A stretch of 63,756 nt of DNA, filler included, from Stramenopiles sp. TOSAG23-2 (Eukaryota): NCBI GenBank assembly GCA_900128395.1. It is 6 parts of 6 records of this genome, joined end to end, with 100 filler letters (N's around TTAATTAATTAA, not from the genome) between each part and the next. Parts side by side here need not be neighbours in the genome. Positions count along the whole stretch, not along the records: positions 1 to 28,462 come from LT649401.1; positions 28,563 to 56,950 come from LT649402.1; 4 more parts are not named here. The stretch is one strand, 5' to 3'. The translations under genes and the position numbers were made by a program. The notes below the pieces were generated by a model. That model ran no database searches and was not told the origin of the DNA. It saw nothing but the letters and a program-made list of their open reading frames with translations. This document shows positions 18,171 to 30,121 of this stretch, piece by piece. How positions within the stretch are numbered: the first letter of the stretch is position 1; each line of letters opens with the position of its first letter.

Positions 18171-19518
18171 TATTGAGGAAGGAGAAAAAGAAGAAGGAGA
18201 AGAGGACAAATCTACTGAAGGAAAACCTGAACAAGTTGAAATTATCAAGGATTCGTCTAAGAGAAAAACAGCCAATTGGTTAAACGGAGATGCAGAAGAA
18301 ATCAAAGAAAAGATTCATAAGAAGGTTGCCAATTATTTCAAAAAGAAGGAAGATGAAACCCCAGGTAAAAAAAAGATAGAAAACATTAATAATAAAGTAG
18401 ACAATATTGTAAGCAATTTAAAAGAAGATAAGGATGATGAACACATTAATAAAGAATTAGATAAATTTCGTAAAGAAATCCACGACTTTTACACAAAACA
18501 TAGTGAAGATGACACTAAAAAATCAGCGTTACAAACTGGAAATGTGAAAGTAAAATCAAATGAGGATGCAGAATTTTCAATTGCTTTAGAAAATTATTAC
18601 AGATCATATCTCCGAAGAAATAGATTAACACATACTGCAAATGGTTTAGATCTACGTTTGGCTAACTTTTATAGATATAATGCTGGTGATGATGAAGATG
18701 ATAGTGCAACTGGTAGTGAGGATGATGAGGATGATAGTGGAACTGGTAGTGGTGATGATGAAGATGATAGTGCAACTGGTAGTGAGGATGATGAGGATGA
18801 TAGTGCAACTGGTAGTGAGGATGATGAGGATGATAGTGCAACTGGTAGTGAGGATGATGAGGATGATAGTGGTAATGTCGTAGATTTAGATGGATCACCT
18901 GGATCAACTGGATCAACTGGATCAACTGGTGATGAGGATGATGATGCAACGGGTAGTGCAACTGGTAGTGATGATGAAGATGATAGTGCAACTGGTAGTG
19001 AGGATGATGAGGATGATAGTGCAACTGGTAGTGAGGATGATGAGGATGATAGTGGTAATGTCGTAGATTTAGATGGATCACCTGGATCAACTGGATCAAC
19101 TGGATCAACTGGTGATGAGGATGATGATGCAACGGGTAGTGCAACTGGTAGTGATGATGAAGATGATAGTGCAACTGGTAGTGAGGATGATGAGGATGAT
19201 AGTGGTAATGTCGTAGATTTAGATTTAGATGGATCAACTGGATCAACTGGATCAACTGGATCAACTGCTACAACTATTGGATCAACTGGTTCTACTGCTA
19301 CAGGTATTGCATCAACAGGAGGTATGTCTCCTCCTGTAACTCCTAAACACCTTTGTCCATTAAGCGTCACAACATGTTCCATCGGTTTTACAAGAATGAA
19401 ACATGGTATACATATTACAGGTTGCCCACCAACATATATATGTACACAAGTAGGCCTTGCTCATTGGAGAGCATATTTAGATGCAATTCATAAACATGAT
19501 AGTAGATATATGAAATAG
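18166..19518 (+). CDS. 5'-truncated acidic Asp/Ser/Thr/Gly-repeat protein with a small C-terminal Cys module
   Basis: The frame of ORF 17911 looks protein-like only after ~18166. (DDEDDSATGSE)n and (GST)n repeats; C-terminal CPLSVTTC...GCPPTYIC. Confidence 0.65.
   Translation, partial: NNIEEGEKEEGEEDKSTEGKPEQVEIIKDSSKRKTANWLNGDAEEIKEKIHKKVANYFKKKEDETPGKKKIENINNKVDNIVSNLKEDKDDEHINKELDKFRKEIHDFYTKHSEDDTKKSALQTGNVKVKSNEDAEFSIALENYYRSYLRRNRLTHTANGLDLRLANFYRYNAGDDEDDSATGSEDDEDDSGTGSGDDEDDSATGSEDDEDDSATGSEDDEDDSATGSEDDEDDSGNVVDLDGSPGSTGSTGSTGDEDDDATGSATGSDDEDDSATGSEDDEDDSATGSEDDEDDSGNVVDLDGSPGSTGSTGSTGDEDDDATGSATGSDDEDDSATGSEDDEDDSGNVVDLDLDGSTGSTGSTGSTATTIGSTGSTATGIASTGGMSPPVTPKHLCPLSVTTCSIGFTRMKHGIHITGCPPTYICTQVGLAHWRAYLDAIHKHDSRYMK
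18688..19266 (+). repeat. Coding tandem repeat: 33-bp unit (DDEDDSATGSE) and 9-bp GGATCAACT unit, with a 183-bp higher-order repeat
   Basis: GGTAATGTCGTAGATTTAGAT recurs at 18871, 19054 and 19204. Confidence 0.9.
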
Positions 19519-20721
19519 ACCTCACAATATAATATTATACTCCGTAATATATTCATATATATACGTTCGTACGAAAAGCATAATTACATATATACGAGAG
19601 TAAAGTTTGCGCGCGTAATATAATTGTACTTTTTTACTAAAATATTTTAAAAATGTGGATCTAAAAAATTCCCTTTTATCAAAAATTATATGCAACATAT
19701 ATTAAAATATATACATTTGAGAATATATAAATATTTTTTTACAATTGTAAGCTATACTATTTCATACTTTGCCTTGTTTCTTTTGCACTTGTATAAAACC
19801 TTATAAATAGTAAATAGCACTGCAATAGCATTATATATATATAGCCATCCCATTCTAATTCGTGTATTTTCGTTCTGTTGTTTCAGCCACACTATCTAAA
19901 GCTATATAAAATAGTTCGTAGAAAATTCAATTTTATATATTAAATTTCCGCCTATGTCACATTGATCGATCAATTTACAATTATAGTACTATTAACAAAT
20001 ATCTTTATTATAATAGACTAATATAATACATATTTTTCCACTATATTTATATCGTCTAATACTTCCCATGGGCCACAAAACAGGCGATCGAATGGTATCA
20101 TACTATTCCTATAATTAGAAATTTAAATTCCCAATCAGGAATTTTATTAATTATATTTATGTATTATATTTATCTTTAATCAATATTGTGTTATTAGTAT
20201 CAATAATTAAACAATATGGAAATTCTTTTATTCTATGATGTAATAATTGATATTTTAGTGTGAAGGTGATTGCATCATCATCATTTGTACATCACTTTTT
20301 TGATGAATGTTTTGTATTCAGAGTGTGTAGATTGTAATAGGCATGTTTTTTTATATACTAATTATAATATATACTGTGTCCATATTAATTATAAATATAG
20401 TTTGTACTTAATAAAATGATCTGCCACACACACCACCGCCGACCAAATGAATAATAATAAATAATTGAATAATAATTATTATTACATATATAAAAGAGTG
20501 ACACACCATGTAAGAATAGATCAATTAAATCAGATAACAACAGACTTCATTTATTAATTATTTAGTTATTTTATATTTAATAAGAATAATCAACAATCAC
20601 AAAAAAAAATAAAAACGAATTCAATTCATTCCCGTTCAATTATTATTATTATTGTTATTACATCATCAAAAGTTTAATATATATATATATATATATTAAT
20701 TATAACAAATAACACACAACC

Positions 20722-21939
20722 ATGTTACGTACATTAATAACAAAAACAGCAAAACGTTGTAATATCACAGCAACAACAACAACACGTAGTTTTTCATCAT
20801 CGCATACATTCGATTTATCTGGTAAATTTGAAGTACATAATTTGCCATTTGAAGAAGGTACGACTGAAGTACCATGTGTATCACCAGAAATTAGTGCAAC
20901 AACGGATCGTGAAGAATTAATGCATTGTGTACGTGAAATGATGACAATAAGACGTATGGAATTAACGTGTGATAAATTATATAAAGATAAATTCATACGC
21001 GGTTTTTGCCATTTATACGATGGTCAAGAAGCGATTGCTACTGGCATGATGGCAGCATTGACCGATGAAGACGCATTGATCGGTACCTACCGTTGCCATG
21101 GGCATCAATTAGTACGTGGTGATACCGTCGAAGCTATCTTAGCGGAAATGTTTGGTTTCTCACAAGGTTCTAGTAAAGGTAAAGGTGGTTCCATGCATTT
21201 ATATAGAAAAGATACCAATTTTTTTGGTGGTGCTGGTATTGTCGGTGCGCAAGTGCCATTAGGTGCAGGTTTAGCATTTGCAGCGAAATATAATGCAAAG
21301 GAAGGTGAATTAATGAATGTTGGGGTAACGATGTATGGGGATGGTGCAGCAAATCAAGGACAAAATTGGGAAGCTGCAAATATGTCGAAATTATGGGGTT
21401 TACCAACTATCTTCGTATGTGAAAACAATCAATATGGTATGGGTACTAGTATTGAACGTTCCAGTGCAATTACAGATTATTACAAACAAGGTGGTGTTGC
21501 CATTCCAGGCATTAAATGTGATGGTATGGATTATTTAGCAGTTCGAGAATGTTTTAAATATTGCAAAGAATATAGTGGTAGTGGAAATGGTCCAATATAC
21601 GTGGAATTGAATACGTATCGATACCATGGGCATTCCATGTCGGATCCTGGTACAACATATAGGAACAGGGATGAAATTGGTGCAATACGTGAATCACGTG
21701 ATCCAATTGAAACCGTGAAAAATTATTTAATTGAAGCTGGATGGAGCGATGAGAAAGAATTGAAACAATTGCAAAAAGCAGTAACAAAAGAAGTGAACGA
21801 AGCTGCAGAAAGAGCAAAACAAGGTACTTTACCAGAAATGCAAGAATTACATACGGATATTTATGATGATGGTACTGGTAAAAGTGAAATACCAAAATTT
21901 GTACGTATGCCCGTATATGAACATAGTGTTGGTGTTTAA
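20722..21939 (+). CDS. PDHA1: Pyruvate dehydrogenase E1 alpha subunit, mitochondrial
   Basis: IRGFCHLYDGQEA, GKGGSMH, YGDGAANQGQ TPP motif, TYRYHGHSMSDPG; N-terminal transit peptide. Confidence 0.97.
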   Translation: MLRTLITKTAKRCNITATTTTRSFSSSHTFDLSGKFEVHNLPFEEGTTEVPCVSPEISATTDREELMHCVREMMTIRRMELTCDKLYKDKFIRGFCHLYDGQEAIATGMMAALTDEDALIGTYRCHGHQLVRGDTVEAILAEMFGFSQGSSKGKGGSMHLYRKDTNFFGGAGIVGAQVPLGAGLAFAAKYNAKEGELMNVGVTMYGDGAANQGQNWEAANMSKLWGLPTIFVCENNQYGMGTSIERSSAITDYYKQGGVAIPGIKCDGMDYLAVRECFKYCKEYSGSGNGPIYVELNTYRYHGHSMSDPGTTYRNRDEIGAIRESRDPIETVKNYLIEAGWSDEKELKQLQKAVTKEVNEAAERAKQGTLPEMQELHTDIYDDGTGKSEIPKFVRMPVYEHSVGV

Positions 21940-22424
21940 ACCCGCTGGTTAAAGAGAGAGAGAGAGAGAGAGAAATTGGCTGAAGGCGCATGTGGTACAT
22001 ACACGGTACATGGAAGAAATGGGTGGGAGTGGTAGAAGATAGGAAAAAGGAAAACGTGCACCACCCCGCCAGCTCGCGTTTAAAAATCAACACACTTTTA
22101 AAAAATAAATAAATATATTTTTAATATTTATTACTATCATACTCTGAAAAAATTAAAAAAAATAATATGCATATATTTTACAAGCCCAGGCAAGAGTTAA
22201 AAAGTTAAATTTATATTTTCATCAATGTCTTATGCCTCCTGACTTTCCTGATCTCTGCACTCTGCACTCTGCACCTCTCTCAACTCTCTAAAAAATCTAA
22301 AATGCAATTTACGTCATCATAGCAATTTCGCCAATTTTCGCCAATTCAGTCGCCATTCAAGGCCAATTCCGCTAACATTCTCTGCTACACATATACATTT
22401 TTAACTTGCACATATATTGCCCTC

Positions 22425-23837
22425 TTACAACTTCGATGATGATGATATTGAATTATTACTACTACCACCACCACCACCACCACCACCACCTGCTGCTGCC
22501 AACCTTTCATCGCGTAAACGTCGTATATATTGTGCATCGTATATATCATCACGTTTTGTTACATTATTCCGTTGATTAAATATATTACTAACTTCCTCCT
22601 CTGTTAAACCATCTTTTAACCACATGACTTCTTGTTTCAATGTTTCACTACCTATTAATTCTTGTTGTTTTAAAAATGTTTCTAATGTTTCAACTGTTGG
22701 ATATTGTTCTAATTCACATAATACTTGCATTGTTATAAATAATGGATCACGATTTTTAATATGGTATTTATTAAATTGTTCTTGTTGATATTTATTTATT
22801 ATAAATAAATCACGATTCATTGATGTAAAACTATATCGTATACCAACATCCAATGGTAACCAATTCACTTGATGCATTTCTGGACTTATTAATTCTTTTT
22901 CTTCGATTGGTATATCATTATTAAAAAATCGATCTTGCATTGTTTTATCATTATTATTATTTAATATAATATTTTCATAAAAATACATTTCTTTATCATG
23001 CAATGATTGATTAATGGAATCAATTGATGGTAACCATTTATTTTCATTTGCAAACATTATAAAATTATACATAATATTTGATGTCCCACGTACAGGTCTT
23101 GTTTGTTTCACAGAAAATAATTTTAAATTTGCTTCTTCCAATGGTATTTGTGGTATATTGATTTCTTCACATAATTCACGTAATGCAGTTTCTTCTATTG
23201 TTTCATTTGTTTCACAGGTACCACCAGCAAAATTATATTCACATGGATATCGCATTTGTGTAGTATTAGTAATCGATTTTGAACGTAGCCAATTAATCGC
23301 TTGTCTTTGGCACATTAAAACTTCCCATGATGATATAAAAGCAACTTCATTTGCATTACCAAAAACTAATTTCGTTCTTAAATCCATATTTGTACGTGTA
23401 TCTGCATTATTTGGTATTTTACATGATTCACGTGTTAAAATACTTTTGTTTTGTTTCTTATTTGTTGTGTTTTTTCGCAATACAATAACTGTACATGATT
23501 CTTTTACTTTTAATAAACTACCATCACCTTTCATCCCTGTTGTACTACCAGCTGCATCACGTACTGTACCTAATGATGAATCTGTTGTTATTCTAGTAGC
23601 TTCTTCTTGTTGTTGTTGGTTTTTATCGGTCATGTTGGTAGTCGTACGATAATAATAATATTTTGATAATAATATTGTTGATTTGAATTGTTGTTTTGTT
23701 CTATTCTTTTTTGTTATAATATGTTGTTGATATGGTCGTCGTGAATTAATTGATAATAGTTGATGATAATATTTTATATATTTCTTCTTATTATTATTAT
23801 TCCTGTTATAAATGATGTTTCTTATTAATAACAGCAT
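22425..23837 (-). CDS. NUDIX hydrolase domain protein
   Basis: Nudix box GGTCETNETIEETALRELCEEINI. The start codon is uncertain. Confidence 0.8.
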   Translation of the reverse strand: MLLLIRNIIYNRNNNNKKKYIKYYHQLLSINSRRPYQQHIITKKNRTKQQFKSTILLSKYYYYRTTTNMTDKNQQQQEEATRITTDSSLGTVRDAAGSTTGMKGDGSLLKVKESCTVIVLRKNTTNKKQNKSILTRESCKIPNNADTRTNMDLRTKLVFGNANEVAFISSWEVLMCQRQAINWLRSKSITNTTQMRYPCEYNFAGGTCETNETIEETALRELCEEINIPQIPLEEANLKLFSVKQTRPVRGTSNIMYNFIMFANENKWLPSIDSINQSLHDKEMYFYENIILNNNNDKTMQDRFFNNDIPIEEKELISPEMHQVNWLPLDVGIRYSFTSMNRDLFIINKYQQEQFNKYHIKNRDPLFITMQVLCELEQYPTVETLETFLKQQELIGSETLKQEVMWLKDGLTEEEVSNIFNQRNNVTKRDDIYDAQYIRRLRDERLAAAGGGGGGGGGSSNNSISSSSKL

Positions 23838-24638
23838 TAATTAAATAAATGTTTTACAAACGAAGACTAATATAGTACATTCGATATTGAAGTTTTATGA
23901 ATAAATGAATAAGTAATTGCTACTACTTCCCTTTTTTCTATAAATAATAAGTGACTTACGCCGGCATGCAATTATTAGCTACAGTAATATTATTGGGGAG
24001 GGGGGACAGTGGTGAACAAAAGGTAATAATAAATACTTGTAGAAAGATATATATATGATGAGTGATAGAAGGGTTCGAACGACGACGACTTCTTCTATAT
24101 TTCAAACACACCAGATGATTTATTGGATTAAGGGGAACTAAATTATGTACTTTATACAGTTATAGTGAACTGAAAGTACGAGAAGGTGTATATACTGTAT
24201 CCCGTTTATTAAAGATTAAAATATAGTAATATAATATTATTTCCCTTAATTTAGAGTAGATATTGTCAAATATGGTATATAATTATTATTATTATGTTTT
24301 TTTTGTTTTTTGCTTTTTACTGAAAATGTGCAAATCTCGTGTGTATATATAACAATGTTCTCATACTATTATAGAAATAGATAACAAAATATAAAAAACA
24401 AAAAAAATAATAAATATAATTTCACGGTCAAACGTCTCTACCATTATTAACCCCGTTTACTGTAGGTAGTATAAAAAGATCAAAAGATACATATATATAT
24501 TCGAATATCTATCTATCTACATGATTAATTGGTATAGATAGATAGATATATATACAACAAATATTATTATATCATACAACATTTAACCATCTTAAATAAT
24601 CCGTATTATTGAAACAAACAGACACACACACATACAAA

Positions 24639-26186
24639 ATGTCAGCATTAACAAAAATACCAGGTAAAGTTGGTTTTGGAAATATACGTATCAATCAAAA
24701 TTCCATGCCAAATTTATTAAAATTAAAAGAAAATTTAGAAAATATATTATTACAACAACAACAACAATCGAGTTTAAATTCTGCATCATCTTCTTCTTCT
24801 TTAAAAGTTGCTGCACAAGTGATTGATACTGCAAATATATTTGATAATGGTGATTCAGAACGGGCAGTTGGTGAAATTATTAATAAATTAAATATTCAAG
24901 AAGATTTAAATTATTTTTATATCAGTAAATTTGGTTATTTTAATAATAATAATAACAGTGGAAACCAAAACAACAACATGAATACAACCGTTGAACATTC
25001 TGGTGATGCAGATTTTATGCGTAATGAATTATCAATTACGTTGAAAAATTTAAATAAAACATCATTAGATTCATTTTTAATACATGAACCAGAAGAACAA
25101 TTACGTAAAGAATTTCCATTTATTATTGATGATAGTAATTCATCATCACAACCACAACAAGAACAACAACAACCAAATATCATACCACCATCATGTACAC
25201 CATCTCAACGTGATGAATTTTTATATGAATATTATAAACCATGCATTGCAGCATTGGAAGAAGAAATACATTTATCAAATCGTATACATTCATATGGTAT
25301 TAGTACAAATACAATTGGATTACCACCTTCCCATCCACATCATATTGATCCAACATTATTTATGAATTTATCAAATGATGTTATTAAATCACATGGAACT
25401 ATTTCACAAAAAACAAAAAGTGGATTGCAAATTATACAAACACCATTTAATATATGTGAAACAAATAGTTTAAATATTTTAAATCAATTACAACAACAAC
25501 AAAACAATGATAATAATGATTTATATATCATGGCATTACGTCCATTAACCGTTGTTGATGATCGTTCGATATGGAATTTAGAAGGTATTGTAGATCATAC
25601 TATTTATTCAAGTGGGAAATGGAGTACATTGGAAGAAATAGAAGAATTAAATGATGTATATGAAGCAACGATTAATTATTTTACACCACCGGAACCATTG
25701 GATGCAACAAATCCAACACAAGATGAACAAGATACCATTGAAGCATGTAGTTTATTAAAATCATTATTAAATGATTTATTAACTGAATTTCCAAAATTCA
25801 TATCTGTAGAAATGTATGAAAATAATTTACAACAAAGTATTATACCAATGATACATAAAACATTTGACGGTATTGATGATCAATCGATTGAAATGATACA
25901 AGTTTTTTTTGATAAATATGGTAAAGCAGTAAGAGCAATGGCACCATACCATATGCAATCTTATGTTGAATCGACTATGAATCCATTTAGTAATAGTAGT
26001 AGTAGTAGTAGTAGTGATGGTGGTGGTGAGGATGATGGTGATGACGAAGAAGATGAAGGTTCATATGATGTACAAACAACACATGAAATTCCATCAAATA
26101 TGAAAATTGAACAATATAGTTTAAAATGGTTATTAAATGAAGAATCACCAATTCATACAATATTATTAGATGAAATAAATTTGTGA
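24639..26186 (+). CDS. Aldo/keto reductase-fold protein (divergent)
   Basis: KVGFG, VIDTANIFDNGDSERAVG, ISKFGY, LDSFLIHEPE, SYGISTN, IIQTPFN. First ATG at 24639. Confidence 0.7.
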   Translation: MSALTKIPGKVGFGNIRINQNSMPNLLKLKENLENILLQQQQQSSLNSASSSSSLKVAAQVIDTANIFDNGDSERAVGEIINKLNIQEDLNYFYISKFGYFNNNNNSGNQNNNMNTTVEHSGDADFMRNELSITLKNLNKTSLDSFLIHEPEEQLRKEFPFIIDDSNSSSQPQQEQQQPNIIPPSCTPSQRDEFLYEYYKPCIAALEEEIHLSNRIHSYGISTNTIGLPPSHPHHIDPTLFMNLSNDVIKSHGTISQKTKSGLQIIQTPFNICETNSLNILNQLQQQQNNDNNDLYIMALRPLTVVDDRSIWNLEGIVDHTIYSSGKWSTLEEIEELNDVYEATINYFTPPEPLDATNPTQDEQDTIEACSLLKSLLNDLLTEFPKFISVEMYENNLQQSIIPMIHKTFDGIDDQSIEMIQVFFDKYGKAVRAMAPYHMQSYVESTMNPFSNSSSSSSSDGGGEDDGDDEEDEGSYDVQTTHEIPSNMKIEQYSLKWLLNEESPIHTILLDEINL

Positions 26187-26658
26187 TTTTTGTGTGCGTG
26201 GTGTGAGATGTGGTTGAAAATATTTTTTACTTTCCTCTAAAAAAGGAGAGAGATTTGAGAGAGGTGGGGGGAGACCGCGGGAACGGGTGGAAATGGAGTG
26301 TTTAATTGATAAAAATGGGGAAGACGACAGACGACTTTAAATTAAAAAAAATTTTATGCCTTTTTTCCTTTTTGTTTATTTGAAGTTATTCTGCATTCTG
26401 GTATTGTAAATTGTTATAAAACACTACATACGCATACACACCAGTATTAACCATTACTTCGTTAATATCACATATCATTACCCCATATCATATACCATAT
26501 ATATCATACTTTGTATATCAAACAAAACCTTCTACAAACCTTCGTACGACAGTTGAAAGTTCGTACACGTAGATCATACGAGCGTAATTTTTTTACGTAT
26601 AAAAGATCAAAGTCGCACACGCACGCACGCCACAAATACCCCACACCAAAATTTCCAC

Positions 26659-28462
26659 TCACGAACTCCCACGATTACCATTAGGTGATCCAGCTGATGT
26701 AAACAATCTTCTTCTTCTTCTTCGTCGTTTCTGGTAATGATGTCGATGTGTATCATCCACATAATATTGAGAACCGGTTAATGTTACATCTCTTGAAAAT
26801 TGTCTTTTATGAACATCAAATACGTTTTCCAAAGTATCTTCACAACCATTATATTTTTTACACATATTATAATCACGATAATCTTTACAACAATTGTTAT
26901 TATCAACATATGCTTTCACTTGTACATTTGCACCGATTAAATATTTTTTCGCTTTGCAATATGGTAATTCACTTTGTAAATATCCATCATCTGATTTAGT
27001 ATTTAAATTTACAACTGCAACCCATTCTTTTTTTCCCTTTATTCCATTTGTATCCATTGCAACTTGTTGAATAGAAATATCTTTTGCATCAAATAATTTT
27101 GATGGGCATGATTTATCGACAACATCATATCGTATGAACTGTTTCAAACTAACCATATGTTTTTCATATTTTGTTGAAATTTCATCTTTTAAATAATACA
27201 ATGCAATATTTTTCACATTTGTATTTGATAAATCTACACGATTGGAACCTTTACAAAAAGTATCTTGTTTTGCAAGTAATTTAGTAGGTTTTGTACCACC
27301 TGAACATGTTGCTTTCTTTGCTTCTCCACCATTTCTTTTACCTTTTGATTGCATAGCAGTAGCAAATGGAGGTACGACATGTTGAGTCGTACTTCGTTTT
27401 TTTCCTAAACGATAATTCTTTTTACTTGACAATTGTCGTTTGACTAATAAATTTTCCATTCTTTCTAGAAAGGATGATTCTTGTACTCGAATTGGTGTTG
27501 CATATAAATCTTCAATTAAATTATAAAATCTTGTCATGGAATGTTCATATGGAATAAATAATTCACATAATTTCTTTTTATCGTTTCTACCTGGTTCCTC
27601 CACAATACGTGGACCACATAAAGAGACATCACGGAAGAATGCATTAACTAATTTCTTTGCATTACGTATTTTTCTATTTTTTTGACTAAAACGAAGTGAT
27701 TTTAATAATTGAAGCATACCTCGATGTATATATCCATTTCTTTTAATTGCGTCTGTCACTTCAACATATAAATTATGACGATTATAATTTCCACCTTGAG
27801 ATAATGCAAATGGTATAATATCACCACGATTTAATTTACCGGATGGATCTTTGCATTTTTCTAATGTTTTTAAAGTCTCATCATTATCATCATCATTACG
27901 TTCTTTACAACATATATTTGGCCAAAATGTTTTTGCTTCTTTATCAATACTTTGTATTTGAAATAAATTATCTAAATCCATTCTAAAAGAACAAAATGCT
28001 TTTAATAATTCATCACGATTTGTATCAATACATGTTGTATCTTGATTCTTTTCAATTTCATTTGAAATTTCAATTGCAGGAAAAACAACTGTACCTTCCT
28101 TTTGTTCATTTTTACAAAAATCTTTTTCTTTTTGGTTATCTTTCTTTTTACGTTTTGCCAATAATTCATCATGACGTTTTCTAATTTCTTTGCTTTGCCA
28201 TAACCGTGAATTTTTTATTGATAAATCATTAGTATCTTCTTTTTGTTCCTCTAATTGTGTCTTGATGGCAGTAAATAGCTTCGAAGGATCAATACATTTT
28301 GTTAGTTTTGTATCAGTTATTTCACCGCGAGGACATGGTATGCATTCGTCTTTTTTATTTGTCGTTTTTTTAATGAAGTTATTTTTTGGACATATTGCAC
28401 ATGATTCTTTTGAGGTTTGATCCAGAAGAGGATCATATGTATATGGAGTCTTTGGTGGACAT
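26659..28462 (-). CDS. C-terminal ~600 aa of a secreted Cys-rich family protein; open to the contig end
   Basis: The frame extends upstream of the called ORF to the N-gap (CPPKTPYTYDPLLDQTSKESCAICPKNNF...CIPCPRGE). Coiled coil; C-terminal KRRRRRRRL. Confidence 0.75.
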
Positions 28463-28562
28463 NNNNNNNNNNNNNNNNNNNNNNNNNNNNNNNNNNNNNN
28501 NNNNNNTTAATTAATTAANNNNNNNNNNNNNNNNNNNNNNNNNNNNNNNNNNNNNNNNNNNN
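28463..28562. other. Artificial contig linker N44-TTAATTAATTAA-N44 (also 56951-57050, 58653-58752, 60355-60454, 62056-62155)
   Basis: Identical 100-nt spacers with six-frame stops. The last four contigs are 1601-1602 bp, consistent with size-sorted concatenation. Confidence 0.97.
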
Positions 28563-28913
28563 TGGACGAAAATTCGATCCATTTAACACTAATAACAATG
28601 AATGGTACGCACTTTAATTAATAAAAAAAACGCACACATTTATAATTTTATATATGATACACACAAATTTAAAAAAATACAAAAAATGTGTTCAAATTAT
28701 GTATAAAAGAAATACGCACCACACAAATAATATATTATATTATTATATCGCAATAGCTGAGCTTCATTTTAATACAGTACACGGATTAAATCCATGTCTT
28801 GGATCGAATATTGAGCATAGATCCGATAAAACAAATTGACCAAATATTTTAGTAAAATACAATATAATTTTTTATTTATATATGAATATTACATATAAAA
28901 GTAAGAAACATAT

Positions 28914-29690
28914 ATGTACCCAACAAGATTAAATTTGCATAATAAACATTTACCACCAACAAAGAAAGAAATTGTTCATGATAAATTACGAGTTGGATAT
29001 GGTGAACCTAAAATATATGGACAATCAAAAATAAATATGTCCGTGGAAACGGCAGTTAATTTAAAACATGATGAAAAAAGACGGTATCAATTAGATTATC
29101 GTGGCATAGCCGATGCAAAAGGATTAATATATTTTATAGGAACGGATGGTATGCAACATCCATTTGAAAATCCATCCCTGAAAAATTATGGTTTGACCTT
29201 GACTGTGACAAAAGGTTCTAATAAATATGGCATTCCCGCGAAAATTGTAAATAGAGATCCAAATGGATATCAAAGTTTAACTGATTGGAAAGATATTAAA
29301 AAATCATATATAGAGATAGATTTAAACAAAAAAGTAAGATTACGCCCAAATAGGTACATGATCCGCTCTGGATCATGTGGACCTAATTTCACTGCAACAG
29401 ATTGGGTATTAGAAGGCATAGAATGTGATAAAAGTGGGACTGAAAATACACAAGGTTGGAAGATTTTAAAAAAACATGAAAACGATCAAACATTATTTAA
29501 AAAAAGCTGCAGTTGTCCGCATAAATTTAATGCGTTATCATACACAATAAATGATGATATGAATTTTGGCAAAACAGATGGTGGATTCTATTCTAAATTT
29601 AGGATACGTTTAACTTCTAACAATGTTAATGGGAATGCATATTTATCCATAAGCAGCGTAGAATTCTGGGGAGTATTAGAGATGATATGA
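28914..29690 (+). CDS. Stand-alone HECTD1-type SUN-like/galactose-binding-fold domain protein
   Basis: GLIYFIGT...FENP, LRPNRYMIRSG, DWVLEG, W.ILKKHENDQTL, FRIRLT..N.NGNAYLSISSVEFWG. Confidence 0.7.
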   Translation: MYPTRLNLHNKHLPPTKKEIVHDKLRVGYGEPKIYGQSKINMSVETAVNLKHDEKRRYQLDYRGIADAKGLIYFIGTDGMQHPFENPSLKNYGLTLTVTKGSNKYGIPAKIVNRDPNGYQSLTDWKDIKKSYIEIDLNKKVRLRPNRYMIRSGSCGPNFTATDWVLEGIECDKSGTENTQGWKILKKHENDQTLFKKSCSCPHKFNALSYTINDDMNFGKTDGGFYSKFRIRLTSNNVNGNAYLSISSVEFWGVLEMI

Positions 29691-30121
29691 AAAAGTATGT
29701 AGATGTGCCTGGTATAGCTTAACTTGAAATATTATTACCAGGTACTTTATTTTTTTGAAGAAAAAAAATTATTACCATATCCTAATAATTAATATTAAAA
29801 TTAATATTAGCTACCACACAGGCCAGGCTATTTATATAAGCGAAGGCAGTTTTTTACATGATTTCATTTTGGAAATAATCACAATTCAATCCCAATAATC
29901 AAGAAAAGAGCAAAATTATCATGCATGCCCGGCATTAGCATGGGACAAAAGATATGCTTATTGTATATATCTACATACATATATATACATATATATATAT
30001 TCATTTATCTTTCTTCATCTCTATATAATTTATACTTTTATTATTTTTGACACAATAGAAAGATTGTATATATATATACGTATATGCATATATATATATA
30101 TATGTATACACACAATAAATA

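Noticed and set aside
18688-19266. CRISPR-like periodicity
   Set aside because: In-frame coding repeats without unique spacers, no cas genes, and a eukaryotic context.
18662-19382. His/Pro-rich and Ser-rich antisense ORFs
   Set aside because: These are shadow frames of the plus-strand coding repeat.
28463-28562. Recurrent TTAATTAATTAA palindrome within N runs
   Set aside because: Artificial contig linker. Gene adjacency across the linkers has no biological meaning.
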